Shown one piece after another: positions 35,754 to 45,088 of a stretch of DNA of 64,000 nucleotides (its first letter is position 1; each line of letters begins with the position of its first letter). Origin of the DNA: a virus (taxonomy: Duplodnaviria; Heunggongvirae; Uroviricota; Caudoviricetes); the IMG/VR virus record IMGVR_UViG_2703718833_000007, positions 6,191 to 70,190 of that record. One strand, given 5' to 3'. The notes under the pieces are model-generated. The model ran no database searches, was not told where the DNA came from, and saw only the letters and a program-made list of their open reading frames with translations. The position numbers and the translations under genes are program-made.

Positions 35754-35909
35754 TTAGTTGACCACTTTCAGGAAGAAATCACGGTATTCATCTTCTTTTG
35801 CGTTCATCATGAATTGACCGTATTTGAATGCGTCATCAAAGCCTTTTACAATCGCCACTTCCACCTGTTCGAATGCTTTGTTTAGCATTACCACTACATA
35901 GCGTTTCAT
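35754..35909 (-). CDS. Hypothetical small protein (51 aa), upstream partner of the 84-aa ORF
   Basis: Track ORF 35754-35960 trimmed to MKRYVVV with G-rich SD. Confidence 0.35.
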   Translation of the reverse strand: MKRYVVVMLNKAFEQVEVAIVKGFDDAFKYGQFMMNAKEDEYRDFFLKVVN

Positions 35910-36024
35910 GATGCCCCCCCTTTGTTGGTACTTCTTTCTCTTCTTGCTTTCTATATACATCTTGTTATGTCCTGTGTGAAGCCATTTTGTAAACTGGGTA
36001 TAATTCTTGTGACGAAGTTCTCAT

Positions 36025-36052
36025 TTTTCGCGTAGAAGCGCGTAAAGATGTA
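36025..36052 (+). promoter_or_regulatory. Conserved 28-bp near-palindromic element, copy 2 (TTTTCGCGTAGAAGCGCGTAAAGATGTA)
   Basis: 25/28 identical to copy at 22811-22838; lies between CCATTTTGTAAA/TATAAT element and gene M. Confidence 0.35.
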
Positions 36053-36079
36053 TGCAATATGTAACTTATAGGGGGAATC

Positions 36080-36433
36080 ATGCCGGAAGTTTTCAGATGG
36101 ACGCCACAAAGAAGCTACAGCGTGACCAGGGAACCAAATGTGTCGGTCGTTAAACTTGGTGATGGTTATGAACAGCGCCAGGCGAAAGGGATTAACACGT
36201 TGCTTGATAGCTACACCCTGGTTTTTAAAGGCAGTAGCGCAGGATGCGGTGATGGTGGGAACGTGGCGATCCAGGCAGAAGCATTCTTGAGGGCGCGCGG
36301 CGCTGTCGAGGCTTTTTACTGGTCGCCGTCTATGGATGGCGTGCAAAGGCTTTTTGTTTGCCGTAGCTGGAGTATGACAAAAGACGGGCCTGTATACACG
36401 CTAAACGCAACATTTGAGCAAGTTGTCAGCTAG
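36080..36433 (+). CDS. Minor tail protein M (lambda gpM-like)
   Basis: Track ORF 117 aa; GDGYEQRQAKGIN and C-terminal FEQVV match remembered lambda M. Confidence 0.8.
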   Translation: MPEVFRWTPQRSYSVTREPNVSVVKLGDGYEQRQAKGINTLLDSYTLVFKGSSAGCGDGGNVAIQAEAFLRARGAVEAFYWSPSMDGVQRLFVCRSWSMTKDGPVYTLNATFEQVVS

Positions 36434-36444
36434 TGGGGGTTAAT

Positions 36445-36630
36445 ATGTACGGGACTTGTGTAGTTGACAAAACTGACGCATTTACATTATTTGACGACTA
36501 TGAGATCAACGACCTTACTGTAAAGGCTGACAATGGCGATACATGGTATCTTCATGATGTTGGTGACGGGTATGTGGGGTGCAGATCCAGAGAAGGCAAG
36601 GAGGTTTTATTTTTGGTTGATGGCGTATAA
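36445..36630 (+). CDS. Hypothetical protein (61 aa)
   Basis: Track ORF 36433-36630 trimmed to ATG. Confidence 0.35.
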   Translation: MYGTCVVDKTDAFTLFDDYEINDLTVKADNGDTWYLHDVGDGYVGCRSREGKEVLFLVDGV

Positions 36631-36809
36631 TAACAACCCCGCTTCGCGCGGGGTTTTCTTGTCAGTAGTGAATGTACATCAAACTCATTGGGTGAGCGTG
36701 CGCCATATTATTGGCTATCGCCGCCCAGTCCCAATCGGCAGCATGAACGCCAAATACTATCAGTCCCATTATTATTAGCGCCAAAACTTCTATTTTCATA
36801 ATCTGTCAC

Positions 36810-37058
36810 CTATAAGTTATCACGCAGGTAATTAACGCCCTTATCAGTGACGAATGAATGGTTGACCTGGTTTTCATCCGTCATAATGATGAATAACTTT
36901 TCTTGTAGGTACTTAGCTTTCGGGTACAGCGTTAAACAGACCTGGTACAGTATCCCGCGCTCAATCAGCAAATCAATAAATTCGTGCTCATGATAACCGA
37001 TGATGCGAGCGGCCTGTTTCAACGTGTACACATAATCGCCGTGATTGCGCCGCGCCAT
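36810..37058 (-). CDS. Opposite-strand moron: hypothetical protein with HTH-like segment
   Basis: Track ORF 82 aa; YTLKQAARIIGYHEHEFIDLLIERG. Confidence 0.4.
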   Translation of the reverse strand: MARRNHGDYVYTLKQAARIIGYHEHEFIDLLIERGILYQVCLTLYPKAKYLQEKLFIIMTDENQVNHSFVTDKGVNYLRDNL

Positions 37059-37067
37059 ATTGCCGCC

Positions 37068-37418
37068 TTATTTATCGAACGCAGACAAATTATCGATACA
37101 GAAATCTTTTGCCGCTTTTTCGTATTCGCGTTTTGCTTCTGGAACGTCAACCGGAAAACCTTTTGCGTGTATTTCACCAGGGCAAGACTGATCCATAGAA
37201 TCCGCAAAATTAACATTGAAGCTAACATCAATATCTTTAGGGTTCATCTCTTCCACCATATCAGGTACTTGGACCGGAGTAATATCAAAATCACGAGCGT
37301 TAGACCAACAGCGAAGTAATTCGCGACCTTCATCACGCGCCGCAGCATATGTGTCAAATAGGCCCATGCGTTCCCATTCACATTTATCAGTCCAAATTTC
37401 TAAACTATATTTTTGCAT
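37068..37418 (-). CDS. Opposite-strand moron: hypothetical acidic protein
   Basis: Track ORF 116 aa. Confidence 0.4.
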   Translation of the reverse strand: MQKYSLEIWTDKCEWERMGLFDTYAAARDEGRELLRCWSNARDFDITPVQVPDMVEEMNPKDIDVSFNVNFADSMDQSCPGEIHAKGFPVDVPEAKREYEKAAKDFCIDNLSAFDK

Positions 37419-37431
37419 TTTTGTTAACCTC

Positions 37432-37605
37432 TCATTTGACAGGTTCTATCCTGTACCCCAAAACGCGGTCATCCTCAGCAAGTAAAAGCGCGTCAGTAAG
37501 TGCCTCGCCTTCATCCTTATACAGAGCTACAGTCATTTCCCTGCCATCCGCTAGGAATACCTTCAATCTCCACACCTTATCAACCATCTCACACCTCCGC
37601 GCCAT
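37432..37605 (-). CDS. Opposite-strand moron: hypothetical protein (57 aa)
   Basis: Track ORF 37432-37662 trimmed to MARRCEM. Confidence 0.35.
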   Translation of the reverse strand: MARRCEMVDKVWRLKVFLADGREMTVALYKDEGEALTDALLLAEDDRVLGYRIEPVK

Positions 37606-37715
37606 TTTGTTAACCCTGCTTTCTTTTGAGTACAATATACATATTGTAAAAAGCGCTATCAACCGTTTTGGTATGATTTAGCGTGACGGCGATCACAAAA
37701 TGACAAGGTGATAAA

Positions 37716-38420
37716 ATGCGCAGCATACCTACAGAAATGATTATTGATTCCGTGGATTCCGGAGTCGGCGCGGTAATTGACTTGTTTGAATTGGACCTCA
37801 CGCCCCTGGGTGGCGAGGTTATCCGCTTCCATTCCGGCGCGAATGGCTATTACGGCCCGGTTATCTGGAAGGGAGTGGCTTACAACAGCTACCCAATCGA
37901 GGTAACTGGCTTCGAAATGAAAAACGAAGGCGTTTACTCACGCCCACAAATGGTAGTAGCTAACATTGGCGGGCTAATCACTGGGATGAATAACGATTTT
38001 AACGACCTTCGAGGAATGAAGGTTACGCGCCGCCAGGTGGAAGTAAAATACCTTGACGCTATCAACTTCCCCAACGGCAACCCAGATGCAGATCCATCTA
38101 TTGAGGCTGTATCTTTTTACGTCGTTGAGGCGATGAGCGAAGAAACAGCCGACCAGGTGCAATATGAACTATCAACGCCAATTGATGCTGATAAAGCTGT
38201 TATCCCTGGGCGCACAATTCTCGCTGACGTTTGCCAATGGCAGTATCGCGGAGACGGTTGCGGATATAGTGGCGGCCCTGTAGCTACTGATAAAGACGAA
38301 TCGACCAGCGATCCAAAGATGGACAAATGCAGCCACCGCCTAAGCGGTTGCCGTTTGCGTTTCCCGCGCCCGAATCCGTTACCAATTTCATGTTTCCCTG
38401 GATCGAGCAAGGTGGGTTGA
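37716..38420 (+). CDS. Minor tail protein L (lambda gpL-like)
   Basis: Track ORF 234 aa; C-terminal Cys cluster; position. Confidence 0.8.
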   Translation: MRSIPTEMIIDSVDSGVGAVIDLFELDLTPLGGEVIRFHSGANGYYGPVIWKGVAYNSYPIEVTGFEMKNEGVYSRPQMVVANIGGLITGMNNDFNDLRGMKVTRRQVEVKYLDAINFPNGNPDADPSIEAVSFYVVEAMSEETADQVQYELSTPIDADKAVIPGRTILADVCQWQYRGDGCGYSGGPVATDKDESTSDPKMDKCSHRLSGCRLRFPRPNPLPISCFPGSSKVG

Positions 38421-38422
38421 TT

Positions 38423-39154
38423 ATGACGCTTGAAGATAAAATGATTCGCTATGCAGCAGCCCACCCAGAAGAGGAGGTGTGCGGGCTGGTGATAGATAAC
38501 GATTATTTTTACCCATGCTTAAACGTATCTGAAGCGCCGCACAACAGCTTTAAAATCTCGCCTGACGATTATATCAAAGCTGACGAATTAGGCGTTATAA
38601 CAGCCGTTTTCCACTCACATACTAATGATTCATTGGTATTGTCAGCACGGGATCGACAACAGCAGGTTATTTCCGGCCTGCCGTGGTTTTTGTGTTCCGG
38701 TGGCAGGGTGAGAAAATTCCGCCCGGTGGCGCACCTGTTAGGCCGTAAATTTGAGCACGGGAAAACGGATTGTTACTCGCTTTTCCGTGACGCCTATCAC
38801 CTTTGCGGCGTGGATCTGCCGGACTTTGAGCGCCACGATGGGTGGTGGCTGCGTGGGGAAAACCTGTACATAAAAAACCTGCCATTGAACGGTTTTTACA
38901 TGGTTGACGCGCAAAGCATTCAGCCCGGTGACGTGATTATCCGCCAGCCGTTTAAAGGCGCTGACCCATGTCACGCGATGATTTACCTGGGCGACAACAC
39001 TGTTTTGCATCATGACAATGCCGGACTGTTAAGCCGCCGCGAGCAAATGCGGCCAGCTTATGTTAGGCAGACTAATTCAATATGGAGATCTGACAAATGC
39101 TCAAATTTAGATTTACGGGCAATCTTCGAAGATATTACGGCAAGGTGTGTTTAA
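38423..39154 (+). CDS. Tail assembly protein K (JAB/MPN + NlpC/P60 domains)
   Basis: Track ORF 38327-39154 trimmed to MTLEDK; JAMM motif HSHTNDSLVLSARD and NlpC/P60-like Cys (DCYSLF). Confidence 0.8.
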   Translation: MTLEDKMIRYAAAHPEEEVCGLVIDNDYFYPCLNVSEAPHNSFKISPDDYIKADELGVITAVFHSHTNDSLVLSARDRQQQVISGLPWFLCSGGRVRKFRPVAHLLGRKFEHGKTDCYSLFRDAYHLCGVDLPDFERHDGWWLRGENLYIKNLPLNGFYMVDAQSIQPGDVIIRQPFKGADPCHAMIYLGDNTVLHHDNAGLLSRREQMRPAYVRQTNSIWRSDKCSNLDLRAIFEDITARCV

Positions 39155-39627
39155 ACGTTGACACGCCAGCGCAGGGACTTGGCTTGCTGGTTGCGCAGAA
39201 TCATGAGTTCAAAAAGGCGTTTTTAAGTACCCCATTGCGCTTGCGGATTGCCGGAAAAGATTATGACGAAAAGACCGCGCCAGCAGCGGTTAATAGTAAA
39301 TACCCTGACGGGACTACCGTCATTGTTGCGCCAGTGGTGGAAGGCGGTATTGCAGGAATTGGCGTTGTAGGCTGGATTTTGATCGGTGTTTCGGTTGTTA
39401 GCGTTGCGTTCTCGATCTTTATGTCTCGCAACATGAAGATAAAAACATCAGCAGAAAGTGCACAAGATAACACCATATCTAACAACACATACACCAGCGT
39501 TGAAAACAAAGTGGGCCAGGGTAGACCAGTGCCGATCCTGTTGGGTGAAATGAAAATAGGTTCAAACGTCGGATCGTTAGGCATAGACACAAGTAACAAC
39601 AAAGACGCCCTAGACGTTGTAAGTTAA
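39097..39627 (+). CDS. Tail assembly protein I (lambda gpI-like)
   Basis: Track ORF 176 aa; C-terminal hydrophobic segment; overlaps K end as in lambda. Confidence 0.75.
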   Translation: MLKFRFTGNLRRYYGKVCLNVDTPAQGLGLLVAQNHEFKKAFLSTPLRLRIAGKDYDEKTAPAAVNSKYPDGTTVIVAPVVEGGIAGIGVVGWILIGVSVVSVAFSIFMSRNMKIKTSAESAQDNTISNNTYTSVENKVGQGRPVPILLGEMKIGSNVGSLGIDTSNNKDALDVVS

Positions 39628-39640
39628 CAGGAGAAAAGCC

Positions 39641-42600
39641 ATGAGTAGCGGCGGCGGCAAAGCCAAAACACCAACATTATTAAACGATAACCTGTATCAT
39701 AAACAGTTTTATCGTGTTTTAGACATTCTCAGCGAGGGGCCGATATACGGTCCGGTAAACCAGAATGCGCCATTAAACAACGTAATGCTTAATGACACGC
39801 CTATCACTGACGCAAACGGAAACACATCAATCCCGGGGATTAGTATAGCCTGGCGCAACGGCACGGCTGACCAGTCGCCGATTAATGGTTTTAATGCTAT
39901 CGAATCAACCGTTATTGTTAACGCAAAGGTAACTCACGATACACCAATAATCAGGACTGTTTCAGATCCAAACGTTAACCGCGTAAGGCTGAATCTTGGC
40001 GTTGATTCTCTGGTTCAGTCAGATGATAAGGGCAATCAATATAATACATCCGTTATGTTGATGGTTGATGTTAAACCGTCATCATCTTCTACGTGGTCGC
40101 AAATTAAAATCATTACCATCGGACCAGGTAAACAGAGTGGTGAGTATCTTGAAGCTCATATCATAGATGCACCCAATGAAAAACCGTTTGATATTCGCGT
40201 GCGCCGCATAACAGCAGATAGCAACAGCGATCTATTGCAGAATGATACGCGATGGAGTAGCTACAGCGAAATCATAGACGATAATCTGTCTTACCCTCAC
40301 ACCGCTGTAGCTGGCGCCGTAATTGACCATGATCAGTATACTGATACGCCTACCCGTAACTATCACCTTCGCGGGCTGATTGTTGATGTGCCGGACAACT
40401 ATAACCCTGAAACGCGCACGTATTCCGGTTTATGGCTTGGTGGATTTAAAAAAGCGTACACCAATAACCCTGCGTGGCTTTTCCGGTATCTGGTTAAAAA
40501 TGAACGTTTCGGGCTTGCCCGTCACGCTGGTTACATTGACGTTGATGACGGCGCATTGTATACGCTTTCTCAATACTGTGACCAGTTGGTTAGCGACGGT
40601 TACGGCGGCTTTGAACCTCGCATGACGCTTAATGCTTACATCACGGAGCAAATGAGCGCACGCGACTTGCTGGATAATATTGCTGGCATGTTCCGTGGTA
40701 TCGCGTTATGGGATGGGCAACGCCTTACCGTGATGATTGATGCGCCACAGGATCCAATTGCCACCATCACAAACGCAAACGTCGTTGATGGTGTGTTTAC
40801 TCGCTCAAGTCTTCCGCTTGCAGAGTGTTACAACGCCGTGATCGTATCATGGACTGACCCGGAAAACGGCTGGGAGCAATCAAAAGAATACGTGGCAGAT
40901 GATGAATTGATCGCCCGCGATGGTTATAACGAAACCACGTTGGAGGCGTTCGGTTGCACGTCACGCGGTCAGGCGTACCGCGCTGGCAAATGGCTGATAG
41001 AAACAGCAAAACGCGAACCGTCAAAATTCACGTTTAAAATGGCCCGTGACGCAATTCACTTCACCCCCGGGGATATTATCGAGATACTCGACAATAACCG
41101 CGCTGGCGCACGTTTAGGCGGTCGTATCGTGTCAAACACTGGCAGGGTTATCACTGTCGATAAGGTTGATTCTGAATACATCGCCCCAGGTGACACCATT
41201 AGCCTGCTTGATAGTGATGGCAAGTTTAAAAAACACCAGATCACTGGGGTTAACGGAAACAAAATCACCCTTGCATCCGCCCCGTCATGGATTCGCAACG
41301 GGACTGTTTTCGCTGTATCAACCAACGCGGCAAAACCCGTATTGTGTCGAATCATCAGCGTAGCAGAAACAGAAAATAACAGCGTGTACACCATCGAGGC
41401 TGCGCAGCATGATCCGCACAAACAGGCCGTAGTTGATGAAGGCGCGATCTTCGAGGTAAACAACGACACCCTTAATCACTTCCGCGTGCCTAACATTGAA
41501 AACCTGAAGGTGTTAAATGTTGGTTCTGAGACAGTTCAATGCCGCGCGACATGGGAAACACAGACGACAACGCATCGCCTGACCTTTGAGATCCGCGTAT
41601 ATAACGCCGAAGGCCGCGTGGTGGAAACTTATGAAACCACGAATTACCGCTATGAATTTTATGGCCTCGACGCTGGCAGTTACACGCTTGGTATTCGCGG
41701 GCGTAATGACACTGGCATGAAGGGTGCGGAAAGTATTGTGGACCTGGTTATTGGTGTACCATTGGCCCCTGTCGGCGTTAATTGGGTTCCTGGTGTTTTC
41801 CAGGCAACAGTATACCCGATCAGCAAAACAACCATGACCACTGATACAGCATATGAGTTCTATTTCTCAGGTGAAAATCAGATCACAGACCCATCAAAAG
41901 TAACCACATTAGCGCAGTTCACCGGGCGTGGCTACCAATGGACTTTTGGCGGCATGAACACGGGCCATACCTATTACGTTTATGTCCGCACACGTAACGC
42001 TTTTGGTGTGTCAGATTTCGTTGAGGCATCAGGAAAACCAACTGAAAACTTCGATGAAATCAGCGACTACGTGACGAAGGATGTTATGGGGTCAGAACAG
42101 TTTAAGGACATGATTGGCGACATTAAAGATCTTGGCGACCGCACAGATGTTATTGAAAATGCTACAAATGAACTAAAAACAGCGACCGGCAACCTCAAAA
42201 CTGCAACTGATAATCTGACAAACATAACTGACGATTTAAGAACTGAAACCGACAACCTGACCAACATAACCGAAGATTTAAGAACTGACACTGACAACCT
42301 GATCACAGAAACAGGATCAATAAAAGCTGATACCGATACGCTAAAAAAAGAAACAGAAGATCTTTATAAAAAAGTTAAGGAAAACGCCGATGATATTGGT
42401 CAGCATGAGTCAAGAATTGACTCATTAGAAGTGTCCAGCGAAAAAGTTGGCAGCGAACTGGCGCAAGCAAAAGCAAGCCTGCAAAACGCGTCACTTGCTC
42501 TTATTAATAACTCACTTGCACAGACAAACACGCGCGTAACTCTTACCGCTCAGTACAATAAAGGCAGGGCAGAGACCAAAGCGCAAATTGACCGCATTGA

Positions 42601-44980
42601 CAACGTTATCGCTGAAGAGAAAAAAGCGACAGCGGAATCACTGGAAACCATCACGGCAGAAATGAACACGATGGATTCTAACCTTAAAGGTCAGATTTCT
42701 AACGTGCAGCGCGCAGTAGCTGACGAGGCCAGCGCCCGCGCTGAAGCTATTAACGGTGTAAATGCCTCAATAAGCAATCTTGATAAGAAAACTGACTCCA
42801 GCGTTAACCGCATTGATCAAGCGATCGCTGACGAGACGAGCGCACGGACTCAAGCCATCAGCGACGTAAATGCAAGTATCTCAACGCTAGACAAGAAAAC
42901 TGACGCCAGCGTTAAACGCTTGGATCAGGCAATTGCAGATGAAACCAGTGCAAGAACTGAAGCCATCAGCGGCGTGAATGCCTCAATTTCCACGCTTGAT
43001 GGCAAAGTTACAAGCAATATTAACCGCATTGATAAAGCGATTGCAGACGAAACGAAAGCACGCACCGACGCGATCAGTAGCGTGAATGCAAGTATTAGCA
43101 CACTTGAAAACAATACAGAATCAGAAGTAAGCAGACTGGATCAAGCGGTTGCAGATGAAACCAGTGCCCGCACCCAGGCCATTAGCGACGTTAACGCCTC
43201 AATAAGCAATCTTGAAAGCAAAACTGACGCGAGCGTTTCCCGTCTTGATAAAGCAATATCAGATGAAACGCAGGCAAGAAGCGACGCAGTAACAGAGGTT
43301 AAAGCTAATTTAACGACGCTTGAAAATAGCACAAACTCCAGTGTTAAGCGCCTTGATCAAGCCATCGCCGACGAATCAAGCGCCAGGGCGCAGGCAATAT
43401 CAGGCATCAGCGCTGAACTTGGTATAGTTGAAAAAGATGTTGACAAAAACAGCGACGAAATAAATCAGACTAAAGCAAGTCTGCAAAACGCCTCAATCGC
43501 ACTTATCAACAACTCTATCGCTCAGACCAACACGCGGGTTACTCTTACTGCCCAATATAAGAAAGGTCGCAGAGAAACCAACGCGCAAATTGACCGTATT
43601 GACAATGTTGTAGCAGAGGAGAAAAAAGCCACTGCAGAAGCCATTAGCTCTGTAAACGCATCGATAACCGAACTTGATAAGAAGACAGAAGCAAGCGTTA
43701 GCCGCCTTGATAGAGCGATTGCAGACGAAACGAGCGCCCGCAGCGAGGCCATCAGCGGTGTGAATGCCTCAATTTCCACGCTTGATGGCAAGGTGACAAG
43801 CAACGTAACCAGGATGGATAAGGCGATTGCAGACGAAACGAAGGCCCGTACTGACGCAATAAGTAGTCTTAACTCATCGCTTACCAGTACGATTAATTCT
43901 AAGGTATCAGAGGCGTCAACGGCACTTTCTACGCATGAAGCATCAAGCGCAGAAAAATTTAGCCAGATCTCTGCGTCTTTCGAATCTGTAAACTCAAGTA
44001 TTACAGAATGGTCGCAGGCAATGGCAACGGCTGACGAGGCATTATCAAGCAAAATTGATCAGTTGACAGTAACAGTTAACGGGAACAAAACGGCGATAGA
44101 GACGACATCGAAAGCGTTAACCGACTTCAAAGGTAATGTTGATGCGTCGTACTCTATCAAGCTGGCGACCGACAACAACGGAATGAAATACGCAACAGGT
44201 ATGTCGCTTGGCCTCACTGGTGACGGCACTAACTTTCAGTCGCAGTGTATTTTCCTTGTTGACCGTTTCGTGTTAATGACCGCAGCAAACGGCACATATA
44301 CAACGCCTTTCTATGTCACCAATGGCGCAATGTATGTAAGAGAAGCGTTTATTAAGGACGGCACTATCAACTCCGCCAAAATAGCTGATCTAATACAGTC
44401 AGTTAATTACAGCTGGGAAAACGGTACAGGATGGGCGATAAATAAAGACGGTAACGCAGTATTTAACCAGGTAACAGTAAGGGGTACGGTATACGCCACA
44501 AACGGTAAATTTACTGGTGAGATTCAGGCCACAAGCGGGACGTTTAAAGGGACTGTACAGGCTAACAAATTTGTCGGTGATATTGTGGCTATTCACACTT
44601 TCCCTGATTCCAGCACTGTCTATAACTCAAGCCAGCGTGTAGCGCGTTTCTGTTATCGCTATGTGGACTCAACATCCGAAGAGACTTATAAAAACGTTAT
44701 GTTCCAGGCAAGGTTATCAGGGGCTACCAACACATCACAGATCAATGCCTGGATAGCTGGTTCTCAGGTATTGGTTGGTAAGAAATACGGTAACGAAAAC
44801 TCAAACGGCATGTTCTGTTTCGGTATGGATGGTGTAACAAATCAGATTGTCGATGTTGTTATCGAGATCTACACTCCGTGGTCAACAGGTAACAACACTG
44901 GGATTACGTTAAGTTGTCCGACCATGTTTATAGGTCGCAGTAACGGCACATGGTCGAAATGGGAAGAATCACACGACTAA
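39641..44980 (+). CDS. Host-specificity / central tail fibre protein J (lambda gpJ-like) with long internal coiled-coil repeat region
   Basis: Track ORF 1779 aa; position after I; repeated ~38-aa units (ADETSARTQAISDVNASISTLDKKTD...). Confidence 0.9.
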   Translation: MSSGGGKAKTPTLLNDNLYHKQFYRVLDILSEGPIYGPVNQNAPLNNVMLNDTPITDANGNTSIPGISIAWRNGTADQSPINGFNAIESTVIVNAKVTHDTPIIRTVSDPNVNRVRLNLGVDSLVQSDDKGNQYNTSVMLMVDVKPSSSSTWSQIKIITIGPGKQSGEYLEAHIIDAPNEKPFDIRVRRITADSNSDLLQNDTRWSSYSEIIDDNLSYPHTAVAGAVIDHDQYTDTPTRNYHLRGLIVDVPDNYNPETRTYSGLWLGGFKKAYTNNPAWLFRYLVKNERFGLARHAGYIDVDDGALYTLSQYCDQLVSDGYGGFEPRMTLNAYITEQMSARDLLDNIAGMFRGIALWDGQRLTVMIDAPQDPIATITNANVVDGVFTRSSLPLAECYNAVIVSWTDPENGWEQSKEYVADDELIARDGYNETTLEAFGCTSRGQAYRAGKWLIETAKREPSKFTFKMARDAIHFTPGDIIEILDNNRAGARLGGRIVSNTGRVITVDKVDSEYIAPGDTISLLDSDGKFKKHQITGVNGNKITLASAPSWIRNGTVFAVSTNAAKPVLCRIISVAETENNSVYTIEAAQHDPHKQAVVDEGAIFEVNNDTLNHFRVPNIENLKVLNVGSETVQCRATWETQTTTHRLTFEIRVYNAEGRVVETYETTNYRYEFYGLDAGSYTLGIRGRNDTGMKGAESIVDLVIGVPLAPVGVNWVPGVFQATVYPISKTTMTTDTAYEFYFSGENQITDPSKVTTLAQFTGRGYQWTFGGMNTGHTYYVYVRTRNAFGVSDFVEASGKPTENFDEISDYVTKDVMGSEQFKDMIGDIKDLGDRTDVIENATNELKTATGNLKTATDNLTNITDDLRTETDNLTNITEDLRTDTDNLITETGSIKADTDTLKKETEDLYKKVKENADDIGQHESRIDSLEVSSEKVGSELAQAKASLQNASLALINNSLAQTNTRVTLTAQYNKGRAETKAQIDRIDNVIAEEKKATAESLETITAEMNTMDSNLKGQISNVQRAVADEASARAEAINGVNASISNLDKKTDSSVNRIDQAIADETSARTQAISDVNASISTLDKKTDASVKRLDQAIADETSARTEAISGVNASISTLDGKVTSNINRIDKAIADETKARTDAISSVNASISTLENNTESEVSRLDQAVADETSARTQAISDVNASISNLESKTDASVSRLDKAISDETQARSDAVTEVKANLTTLENSTNSSVKRLDQAIADESSARAQAISGISAELGIVEKDVDKNSDEINQTKASLQNASIALINNSIAQTNTRVTLTAQYKKGRRETNAQIDRIDNVVAEEKKATAEAISSVNASITELDKKTEASVSRLDRAIADETSARSEAISGVNASISTLDGKVTSNVTRMDKAIADETKARTDAISSLNSSLTSTINSKVSEASTALSTHEASSAEKFSQISASFESVNSSITEWSQAMATADEALSSKIDQLTVTVNGNKTAIETTSKALTDFKGNVDASYSIKLATDNNGMKYATGMSLGLTGDGTNFQSQCIFLVDRFVLMTAANGTYTTPFYVTNGAMYVREAFIKDGTINSAKIADLIQSVNYSWENGTGWAINKDGNAVFNQVTVRGTVYATNGKFTGEIQATSGTFKGTVQANKFVGDIVAIHTFPDSSTVYNSSQRVARFCYRYVDSTSEETYKNVMFQARLSGATNTSQINAWIAGSQVLVGKKYGNENSNGMFCFGMDGVTNQIVDVVIEIYTPWSTGNNTGITLSCPTMFIGRSNGTWSKWEESHD
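42100..43900 (+). repeat. In-frame tandem and segmentally duplicated coding repeats within gene J
   Basis: Repeated DQAIADETSAR...NASIS units and two copies of KASLQNAS(L/I)ALINNS(L/I)AQTNTRVTLTAQY block. Confidence 0.7.
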
Positions 44981-44985
44981 TACTA

Positions 44986-45008
44986 ACCCCGCTACGGCGG
45001 GGTTTATA
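44986..45008 (+). terminator. Rho-independent terminator after J
   Basis: ccccgc-tacg-gcgggg hairpin followed by tttata. Confidence 0.6.
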
Positions 45009-45088
45009 CATATAGTAAACACATATTCGTCTGCGTAATGATAAGGCGTTAAAATAGTATGGTTAATTAACATAATGGAGTCATTGCG

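Noticed and set aside
42067-44052. Several minus-strand ORFs (60-176 aa) and visible repetition that could suggest a CRISPR array or antisense genes
   Set aside because: They lie antisense within gene J and derive from its in-frame coiled-coil coding repeats; no short direct repeats with unique spacers, so not CRISPR
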